From a virus: a stretch of DNA of 64,000 bases. Numbering within the stretch: the stretch's first letter is position 1; each line of letters starts with the position of its first letter. The translations under genes were made by a program, and so were the position numbers. Under the pieces are notes generated by a model. The model was not told the origin of the DNA, made no database searches, and saw only the letters and a list, made by a program, of their open reading frames with translations. The stretch lies in IMG/VR virus record IMGVR_UViG_3300031999_001882, positions 64,001 to 128,000 of that record; one strand, 5' to 3'. Positions 58,301-64,000 of the stretch are shown in pieces.

Positions 58301-59670
58301 TCCTCATCAAGCACCGGATAATCGGCCATGTCGCGCTCAATGCCTTCGGCAATCGCTACCTTGTCGGCGGCATCTTTATGGACCAGCAAGAATTCAACCC
58401 AGCCCACCGCCCAATGACCTGACTTTGCCACGACCACGCCATTGCCTTCGCCGCCCAAAGCTTTGAGCGCCGCATCGAAATTGGTTTTCTCAAGCGCTTC
58501 GGAGTCCCGGTTCTGCGTGAGCACGACATAATAATCGGAGTAGTCGTCGCCCATATAATTCTCGGCAGGCTTCCACAGTTCGAGCGCCTTGCGCTTTAAG
58601 CTGGCCGTGTCATAACGACCCTTGATGGGCGGCGCGGTCTTTTTGCCTGTGCCTTTGCAATAGGGGCACGTCTCCAAAGGCCCGGCTCCGGTGCGTGACT
58701 TCCCATAACCAGCGCAATACTCACACTCTGCTCCGTCTGCCGCCTTCGCTGTCATGCCGCCCTCCAAATAGACGTTGCCATCGTCGCCAACAATAGCATC
58801 GCAGTTCCCGAAGGCTCTGGCAATGTCGCTCAGCTTCTCACCCACATCGCCCAGCCCGCGATCCCAGAAGCCCGCGCCATGCCCACAGCGCGTCAGCCAG
58901 AAGTCATGGCCCGCCTGCTCATCGTCAATCTCATTTAAGAGATCGCCTGCTTGCTGGCGAAACGCCGCGCAATCGGCCTTGGCCTTCTCGATGCTCTCCG
59001 GGGCAATATCCTCGATCCCGAAGTTCTGATCCAGAGGTTCGCCGCCCGTCTCCGGGTCAGAGTTGTCGTTCGACGACCATAGCGCCGCTTCGAGATAGGC
59101 CGACACAAAGGGATCAAGCCCTGCGGCTTGCCGAGATGTCTTGGCCTGCTCATCGACCAGCCGCTTGTTGTGCTCGCCCTGCATATGCTCGAACGACTCC
59201 TCAGATTCATTTAAGGGTTCGCCCTTGGCTCGCTTGGCTTTGATCTTGGCTTCCATCTCCTCCTGCCACGCTACAGTCCCGAACTGAGCCGCCGACTTGG
59301 TTGCGGGCTTAACCTTGGCCCAGCACGCATCACACAGCGCCCCAAAATTCTGTTCGTTGAACATCCGCTCTCTGGCAGGCTGGCCGTCGTTCTTGCATTG
59401 GCGAGCCGCATCCCGGTTCCCGAAGTCCCGCTCTAAGATGCCCGTCTCGCAGGAGTCGCACAGCCCAGCCGCCGCGCCATAGGTATTGATGATGGTGTCC
59501 TTGCCACACTTCTTACACTTGCCTTGGGCGGCAGAGCGCTTGGAAGCCGCGCACGCGCAGGTTCCCCCGCAGGCGCACGTCTCCGACTCTTGACGAATTT
59601 TTGAAGGAGCTTTTTTGTCTTTTGGCTCCACGATATCTGTCCAATGATTTTTCAATACCGCTTTATCCAT
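52336..59670 (-). CDS. Giant mosaic (polyvalent-type) protein, 2444 aa
   Basis: Concatenated unrelated acidic modules, CxxC fingers and a ferritin-like helix pair, separated by basic [KR]-x-A linkers. Confidence 0.85.
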   Translation of the reverse strand: MDKAVLKNHWTDIVEPKDKKAPSKIRQESETCACGGTCACAASKRSAAQGKCKKCGKDTIINTYGAAAGLCDSCETGILERDFGNRDAARQCKNDGQPARERMFNEQNFGALCDACWAKVKPATKSAAQFGTVAWQEEMEAKIKAKRAKGEPLNESEESFEHMQGEHNKRLVDEQAKTSRQAAGLDPFVSAYLEAALWSSNDNSDPETGGEPLDQNFGIEDIAPESIEKAKADCAAFRQQAGDLLNEIDDEQAGHDFWLTRCGHGAGFWDRGLGDVGEKLSDIARAFGNCDAIVGDDGNVYLEGGMTAKAADGAECEYCAGYGKSRTGAGPLETCPYCKGTGKKTAPPIKGRYDTASLKRKALELWKPAENYMGDDYSDYYVVLTQNRDSEALEKTNFDAALKALGGEGNGVVVAKSGHWAVGWVEFLLVHKDAADKVAIAEGIERDMADYPVLDEEALTNAEQQEYRESFDVWGKDEALKWVKEDLAKELPAEKQEALEAYEPSERVLQLLWEAVESSFENNGEAFMDAKDLLKYAEDSGVHQAIKQELTPPENPAQMKMPFASKRKADRDAEIVKRDVEQEQAAIDEYRGQKEDASPALKEVLDHAISQEKEHRKEFEAKKVSRKAAALTDEQLAFLLDWARTEVNYSATLTEYAEGSGAEAVAMLKTLPAELTQGDGEALKTQVDWNAVENIGEIRTGWTLLTDTDMQSGHRVYMLVPPGGEVETAEMVLRVYANDWSKEDYQALTGEPLKEDEEPNTEFLYMSASDLATDFKLVFLDPYERNGGQFDSFGADFFKDQDNNVYVNPTEQRVGRRTRKSSMPENVSIKEALGGKFMVLVDGIQHGGERDKSGAGNKTFDSREEAMAYAKNISKEASRLAAKESFMKRFADEPRKPKHTFYRKVDLFTFDDLDEKAKDKVRYKYYEMADVDFWKENAESDLQEHGFVNPKVNYDLSSTQGSGVSFTAHMDVAKFLQAHPNERFNIFAKFYESLYIDLKSIDHHYSHKYTVKVEDNTPGSMDDLAAEAGMSTEEFEKLYVEFIQYIDEVRQELCSQLEKDGYAELEYQQSDEYIKEDAEANDLAFTESGEIEHLEEGDIPPTKQSSLKPLSKEAKVRLYSALGRRGAEEPIMPDEAYRMGYDEGFNIIITNKGEFQGYKDAQGNLDVEKIADEAFEAEQNGRQYTPFEFLASAFNKAENADELWEEYDRGVGEGISTGIAELQGKPPTQAARRKADAPLKENVDAPPCAVCRHPLKNHDNETRERRGQCDKCLDDEHHYIPVKHRKPPLEKKADDQAGPTGLVVKNEQTVPLMDYSQLTDEEKKELDYVENGEGDFFRYDGNIFDLGEFEVVEPNGDLAKLGFNGVKGAYASAGYAVKIDEVENDKVTVAWVYWKDTIASKRTASDLKDKSVAELEALIDNWMSRMNDVTDKGTQAYVAKRIKEAEAILQQKKSEKKASKRTAEAEVEEFDSEEMQEPAEDDIVIQTEGQLGGMYAAYQSGKKLAESPEWDELIAAVKAVDQGNFYPTIWFLDDHGGLQVVTSAQKCTLCHKADAEKGSRWCKDCKELADFEKELAEKHDRKAGIHKCPTCGKMNDIVNECGCDPDNMPTKVDASGWPPLEHNPKNQKDVKRLQDEDKKWRESPEKKESDEVRNSEEFKSWRKQKAAQRVSCPQCGKPVEMPEGWGEGDDPNEALCNECYSKLEARSAEEGEIGETCPICGNAIEAGDMIVDSKSEPGEVMPTSFAHANCVAMSEGDEWPGKPTAAMKVEAASNEQVIEMFAHDSFPKDKRDRWGTEHLTIQKYPGGWALVNYATPIVFRSNTGETFFNTQKYSVTTSKIQTQIRRYLSDATEGDEAGIKAAIQQAQDANAEEIGKAKAQPEEPMEMAASLDRFGGPEVSREQKIKQAIDMLSKDPDIIEMVKHIESKPATTKGHYGDYMGVLDQYKSQGKVMLHIISQALIGAGADAGGVQAALGIMTGSAFGSMEKKARGGISWKVLPNKNLEITATGDDLEEIRQDVEDQSDSRLLDYLEPMFGNGYMLVRPEQIGALTDSLIISDGSLDDNGEIDFGSKPKFWWYPQYELRSPLEDLAETGKTIFTYAGEEPFELKEASMEVESGLSDQVKSLRRKLKDLDVDKADPSEIASTVDALEKMEKRLKEQQEDRAKRKEEKAKEAEATPATAEVTAAKELKKAPYAVLKTAQEARDYAIGWQNWVSQQNLSYGELAEWGAYFEQLAERFPELKDEFVENGIIGGDTSVEKQAAVPGKITRKQKDEMAHLIQDAVYGYQINMMDISKVWKAGEEAYLRGGDVKAAVTALLDQIATKSDLPPAQAAQRAARYFDQFKSSDLVGSAWELDKESKKLRRKKLSMKLQSTADFFKNAGYRFAEGSHVWLVSGDKAEIIKRVASAISADKSYEVITLDSYGQRTGSQFTIAEKELEPTK

Positions 59671-60145
59671 TGCAATTACTCCTTGATTTCAAATTCGCCA
59701 AAGCGCTTTGATATGCCTTACTCGCCCTATGTTCGTCAGCGAACATCCCAAGATGATGACACTTGCCATCAAATTTAATTGCGGCCTTCCATCGTCTATT
59801 ATGCTTATCCCATGAAATGCCAACGAATTTTGACGAGAGCTTCCCTTCCTTTTTTCTTTTCTGATTGGATACGTTTTCTCTATTCGTGACGATCTGTAGA
59901 TTCTCTCGCTGATTGTTCAAGCCATTGCCATCCTTGTGATCGGTAACAAACCCTCGTTGCGGAACACCTGCGACACAATGGTGCATCAGTCGCCTTCGCC
60001 GCAAGCCATCTCCAAGAATTTCATTTCTGGACGCATAAAAAACATTGTGAGTGCGACAAGCACTCCACTTAAATTGATTAAGCTCGTTAAATATATCGTC
60101 ATCGACAAAAGCTACCCTGCCTTGAGATAATTTAATCTTCTTCAT
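59663..60145 (-). CDS. HNH-AP2 homing endonuclease
   Basis: TDHKDGNGLNNQRENL (HNH) plus SSKFVGISW...WKAAI...HLGMF (AP2). Confidence 0.9.
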   Translation of the reverse strand: MKKIKLSQGRVAFVDDDIFNELNQFKWSACRTHNVFYASRNEILGDGLRRRRLMHHCVAGVPQRGFVTDHKDGNGLNNQRENLQIVTNRENVSNQKRKKEGKLSSKFVGISWDKHNRRWKAAIKFDGKCHHLGMFADEHRASKAYQSALANLKSRSNCNG

Positions 60146-60160
60146 TGCCGACCTTCTCCT

Positions 60161-60535
60161 TCAAAATTTCTTCATAGACTCGTAAAGAGACACCCGCGCA
60201 ATGATCCTCTCAATAGCAAGCTCAGCGTTCTTTTCGTTGATACCCATAAATTCTTCGTGCGACACGCCATGATCCCATGCCGTGTCAATGCAGATGGTTT
60301 CCTTCCCTTCTCGGCAATCAAACAGGAGCGTAATCATCACCCGCCACCGCATGAAGATAAAGCGGGCGAAGCGATCATGGAAAATCTGGTGTTGATGCCA
60401 GCCCTTGAGCTGGTGCGAAATTTTCTCAGCGATGGCCTTGCATGGCGCGAGACTCTGATCGCTACAGACACAGCCCTCGTTACAACACTTCCCGTCACAA
60501 TGTTTTTCGTCCACCGTTTCCTTATGCAAATTCAA
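60161..60535 (-). CDS. Hypothetical protein
   Basis: 124 aa; AAGGAG RBS; Cys-rich N-terminus. Confidence 0.55.
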   Translation of the reverse strand: MNLHKETVDEKHCDGKCCNEGCVCSDQSLAPCKAIAEKISHQLKGWHQHQIFHDRFARFIFMRWRVMITLLFDCREGKETICIDTAWDHGVSHEEFMGINEKNAELAIERIIARVSLYESMKKF

Positions 60536-60552
60536 ACTCCTTATTTTTTTTC

Positions 60553-60879
60553 CTAAAAAAGTGAAAGTTCCTCGATGACAGTCGCTCGCGCAATAGCACT
60601 TTTAATCGCTTTTTCAGCGCCGACAGACGTAAATCCTCGGTAAGAGTCACGGCAGAAACCCGAAGGCCAGTCAGCGTGCACCTCGAAACCTTCTTCCCCT
60701 TCTCGGACTGAAAGATAGACGGAGATAGAAGAAGCTTTTTTGGCGAACCTAATTTTTCTGATAGCAACGTCGATTTCAACAGTTTCCTCTTTCCACGTCG
60801 GCAATTCTTTTTTCAGGGCCACCAACATCACCGCCGTTGAATGGTCCAGCTTCCTGATCGCGCCTGTATTGTCGGGCAT
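60553..60879 (-). CDS. Hypothetical protein
   Basis: 108 aa; AGGAG RBS. Confidence 0.55.
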   Translation of the reverse strand: MPDNTGAIRKLDHSTAVMLVALKKELPTWKEETVEIDVAIRKIRFAKKASSISVYLSVREGEEGFEVHADWPSGFCRDSYRGFTSVGAEKAIKSAIARATVIEELSLF

Positions 60880-60940
60880 TGTCTATTAAACTCCTGCAAT
60901 TAAATTCACCGCTTCTCCATTTCATATTTTCAGCTCAATA

Positions 60941-63900
60941 CTACGAAACAGACAACACTTGATCGAGGACATCCATCGCCTGAGCTTCTGTGAGCTTGAA
61001 CTCACGCATCAAATCCTCGGCAATTTCATCCTCATTGGCCTGACCCAGCCGAACAAGATCACGGGCCAAATCAAGAGCGCTGTTCGTAGGAATATCCGGC
61101 TCGGTCGGTCCTCGCTTCGGATATACGTCGCGTGTTCCAGTTTCTACAGCATCTTCAAATTGATCGCGGTAAGTGGCCGGGGCGCTTTGCCCCGGTGCTT
61201 CTGTCGGGCCGCCCTTCTCTGCGTCCGTGTCGGTATGCGCGTGCATATCGTTGGTCTTGAGACTGAACGGTTTGACCCAGCCCCAAGACACCATGCGCCC
61301 ATAAATCTCCGTGGCAGACATCCCTGTGCCGCCGCCTGTCTCCGCCGCATAGCGCTGTGCCAGTACCTCTGCCTGCTTCTCATCAAGGAACGCATGATCC
61401 GGTTCGATGTCTGTGCCAAGAAATTCGCGGGCCAAGACCAGCAAAGACTCCTGCTCGTCCTCCGCCCGGCGCTTGATCTCGGCCACCTTCTCGTTGCCGG
61501 AGAGCGAGGCTTCCAGCTCAAGGAGCCGGACAAAAGCCGGAGCGCCCTTCGCGGAAGCCGCAACCCACTCAAACCCACTATTGGATTTAGCGGTGCGCCA
61601 GCCGGGGTTGCCCTGAACCAGCGAGCGCCATTCATCGAACTCCGTGGCTTTCACAAAGCCAGCGCCAGACTTCACAAATATGATCCGGCCAATGACCTTG
61701 GGGGCCGGGCGCGGCGTTGGGGCTGAGGGCGGCGTGCGGACCACAGGCTCCTCGCCGGGGGCCGGGTTAGACTCCGGCTCTGGCTCGGCGGCGGGCGCAG
61801 GCTTCGGCGCTTCGCCTTTAATCTGATCCACCGGGGTCGGAGGCATGACTGGCCCGCCAGCCGGGGCAGATTCGTCCGGCTTCGGTTCCTTCGGGGGCGG
61901 CTCCTCAATCCCGGTCTGCTTGGATAGCTGGTCGTGAATCTTCCGCACGTCCTCTTTGGTGTATTTGAGCTGGTTGCGAGAAAGCCATGTGTAGATTTCG
62001 TGCTGGATTGCGTCGAACTCCATGCCTTTGAGCTTTTCTAAGGTCACCAGCTCAAGGATTCGGTTCGCCACATAGACAGGTTGGAGGGAGATCGCGGCCT
62101 TCACAGTCCCGCCGCGCTTGCCGGAGCCGCCACAGTCCGGGCAATCCACGAAATGCCAGCCATCCTCGGAATGCTCCTTGGCCTCTTGCTCGGCCCATAG
62201 CTTCTTGAACACTTCCCGGCTGTCGTCCGCCTTGACCGGAACAAAGCCCGTGCCTTCGCAATGGCCTTGGCACATGGTCGCCGGGTCAGGCAAAGCCATG
62301 CCCAGCGCCTCGTAGCGGTCCGATGCCTTTTTGCCGGGAAGCCTTGCCTGCACCACCAGATAGCCGCCGTCACCATCCTCGCCAATCACCTGAGCGCCGG
62401 AGCCAAAATTCACTTCCGTGGCTTCGCCATAGCGCCGCGCATCTGCCTTGGCCTTGGTCACCCACATGGCATTGATCGCCGGGATGCCTTCAAACTTGGC
62501 CCATTGGTCTTGGCCGATGTAGCTGGCCGCCGGGTTGCCCAGCTCCTCGACTTCGTGGCGCACGACATCGGCCACGCTCTCCTTGCCATGCTGATACCCG
62601 GTGTCGGCGCGGTACGCCTTGCCGTTCCAAGGGTAAGGGAACTTACCGGGAATCCCGGTGTCTCCGGCCACGGCCCCATTTCCCGGTATGCCAGCCGCCG
62701 CCTTGATATCGGCCCACGTCATCAGGTCCGCAGGAATGTCCGGCAAAATGTCCGGGGCTTTTGGTTGTAAAGACAATGCTTTCTTGGTGTTCTGCATCGG
62801 GATGATGGCGGCGGACTTGTCCACAGTATCCACAGACTTACCCACATTGCCGACCTTAAAAGATAGTTTCGTTTCTTGTGGAACAATTCTTGGAGCTAAG
62901 CTGTCGGGGTATGCGCTCTCAGGTTGCACAGGTGGCACATCCAAACCACCATGAACGGGTTGCTGTAATTCGTGTGACGCATCTCTGAATTTTGGCTCCC
63001 GCACTTGGCGCACGGTTCCTTCTTTATCAGACCCTTTTTGACGTAATATCTCGACAGCTTCCTCATGCTCACCTTCTCCGCTTGCGCCGGAGTGAGGGGC
63101 TTTTTCGTTCGTGGTTGTCGAGGGAGAGTTCTTAAAATCTCTTGATGGTGTGCGTGATGGCATGGACGACACAGCCACACTATTTCCAGAGGCTTGCTGT
63201 GATCTGGATGGTGCATTTGAGAGATCGGATTCCCGCACAGAGCGCAAGGCTCCATCACTTTCTCCTTGCCTCGCCGAAGATGATTCCAAGCAATCTGCCG
63301 CGCTTTTTTTCTCATCTTCTGCGCTTCCGTCAGAGGGCGACCCTTGCTCCACACCAGCATATACTCCCTCATGTATTTCCGATGACACATGAGGCAACGT
63401 CCATTGCCGCGCATTCTCTTTTGGCCGCACAAGCACAGAGTCGAATCCATGATCGTCAATTATAGACCACTTTTTAAGGCTACTCCAAACTTTCAAATCC
63501 TCAATGGACACATCCACGTTGGTCAAATTCTCCCAGAACTCCTTGCCCTCCGGCTCATACTCGATGCCGGACTCGATCTCGGCGCTCAGATTCAGCTTCA
63601 TCTCGCCGTCTTTCACGCCCGTGGCCTTGTTCACCAGCTCTACAAAGACCTCGGCAAACACCAGCCCCTCGTCCTGATCCATCCCGGTCACGATGATGTT
63701 CGGCTTGAACGCCGCGAAATCTAGCTCCAAATAGCTCGACACCAGATCGGGCAACACATCAAGCGTGTGAAATTCCACCTGCTCCGACCAGCGCCATGCC
63801 GCGCCCTCGCGCTCGCCTTCGGCTGGCGTAGGGGTGCGTGGATCGTCAACCTTCATGGTCTTAACGCTAGGCCCTTTGGCCTTCTCTGGTAAACTTGCGC

Positions 63901-64000
63901 CACCAGCCTCCGGCGGCTTCGCCGCACGGGGAGGCTCCGCCTCCGCATCGCCGCTCTCAGGTTGATTCGCCTTATCTGGCGAATCGTTTTTGATCTTGGT
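60941..64000 (-). CDS. Second large mosaic protein, 5'-truncated (>1019 aa), with ART-like and CxxC modules
   Basis: Frame stays open from 63856 to the window edge; KAYRAD...MWVT...ARRYG segment; modules bounded by KKAS and VKAA linkers. Confidence 0.75.
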   Translation of the reverse strand, partial: TKIKNDSPDKANQPESGDAEAEPPRAAKPPEAGGASLPEKAKGPSVKTMKVDDPRTPTPAEGEREGAAWRWSEQVEFHTLDVLPDLVSSYLELDFAAFKPNIIVTGMDQDEGLVFAEVFVELVNKATGVKDGEMKLNLSAEIESGIEYEPEGKEFWENLTNVDVSIEDLKVWSSLKKWSIIDDHGFDSVLVRPKENARQWTLPHVSSEIHEGVYAGVEQGSPSDGSAEDEKKSAADCLESSSARQGESDGALRSVRESDLSNAPSRSQQASGNSVAVSSMPSRTPSRDFKNSPSTTTNEKAPHSGASGEGEHEEAVEILRQKGSDKEGTVRQVREPKFRDASHELQQPVHGGLDVPPVQPESAYPDSLAPRIVPQETKLSFKVGNVGKSVDTVDKSAAIIPMQNTKKALSLQPKAPDILPDIPADLMTWADIKAAAGIPGNGAVAGDTGIPGKFPYPWNGKAYRADTGYQHGKESVADVVRHEVEELGNPAASYIGQDQWAKFEGIPAINAMWVTKAKADARRYGEATEVNFGSGAQVIGEDGDGGYLVVQARLPGKKASDRYEALGMALPDPATMCQGHCEGTGFVPVKADDSREVFKKLWAEQEAKEHSEDGWHFVDCPDCGGSGKRGGTVKAAISLQPVYVANRILELVTLEKLKGMEFDAIQHEIYTWLSRNQLKYTKEDVRKIHDQLSKQTGIEEPPPKEPKPDESAPAGGPVMPPTPVDQIKGEAPKPAPAAEPEPESNPAPGEEPVVRTPPSAPTPRPAPKVIGRIIFVKSGAGFVKATEFDEWRSLVQGNPGWRTAKSNSGFEWVAASAKGAPAFVRLLELEASLSGNEKVAEIKRRAEDEQESLLVLAREFLGTDIEPDHAFLDEKQAEVLAQRYAAETGGGTGMSATEIYGRMVSWGWVKPFSLKTNDMHAHTDTDAEKGGPTEAPGQSAPATYRDQFEDAVETGTRDVYPKRGPTEPDIPTNSALDLARDLVRLGQANEDEIAEDLMREFKLTEAQAMDVLDQVLSVS
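62896..63450 (-). CDS. Tandem HNH-like endonuclease nested out of frame inside 60941..64000
   Basis: Two copies: PCALCG...HHPDHSKPLEIVWLCRPCH and PCAKCG...RHTNYSNPFMVVWMCHLCN; track start TTG 63459, ATG at 63450. Confidence 0.8.
   Translation of the reverse strand: MDSTLCLCGQKRMRGNGRCLMCHRKYMREYMLVWSKGRPLTEAQKMRKKARQIAWNHLRRGKEKVMEPCALCGNPISQMHHPDHSKPLEIVWLCRPCHHAHHQEILRTLPRQPRTKKPLTPAQAEKVSMRKLSRYYVKKGLIKKEPCAKCGSQNSEMRHTNYSNPFMVVWMCHLCNLRAHTPTA
63459..63488 (-). promoter_or_regulatory. Putative internal promoter (TTGGAG-18-TATAAT) for the nested HNH gene
   Basis: Perfect -10 hexamer 8 nt before the ATG, consistent with a leaderless mRNA; weak -35. Confidence 0.4.

Larger units (their letters stand above)
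1..64000 (-). mobile_element. Large myovirus-like phage genome segment (head, neck, contractile tail, baseplate and accessory virion genes)
   Basis: Co-oriented, tightly coupled genes in the order portal, protease, scaffold, capsid, neck, sheath, tube, chaperone, tape measure, baseplate; no cellular housekeeping genes. Confidence 0.95.

Noticed and set aside
62760-63500. Group I intron or intein around the nested HNH
   Set aside because: The HNH is out of frame, no intein terminal motifs were seen, and the flanks look too short for a ribozyme core; not formally excluded without an Infernal search.
1-64000. Alternative genetic code (stop-codon recoding)
   Set aside because: Standard code gives full-length, tightly packed genes, and TAA, TAG and TGA all act as stops at gene junctions.

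Overview
This window is the virion morphogenesis region of a large, tailed, contractile-tail (myovirus-like) phage, almost entirely on the minus strand. Reading in gene direction (right to left), it holds: two very large mosaic proteins (>1019 aa, 5'-truncated; 2444 aa) and many small accessory genes; portal, prohead protease, scaffold, decoration and major capsid genes; head-completion genes; a block with MuF-like, ADP-ribosyltransferase-like, methyltransferase and triple glycosyltransferase genes; coiled-coil fibre genes; then neck, sheath, tube, a tail chaperone with a -1 frameshift, a short tape measure, baseplate and fibre genes. No terminase, integrase, tRNA, rRNA or CRISPR array was seen. 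The capsid and protease resemble the Bxz1-like (mycobacteriophage cluster C) type, judged by eye and not searched. The most notable signals are: (1) a candidate capsid-loaded cargo system, made of a giant polyprotein of small phage domains joined by basic [KR]-x-A linkers plus small proteins sharing an N-terminal W-T-K-x-A tag; (2) a complete tandem-HNH gene nested out of frame inside a large gene whose frame stays open; (3) a candidate virion-glycosylation cassette beside Thr/Ser/Gln-rich fibres. All product calls rest on motifs and synteny read by eye.
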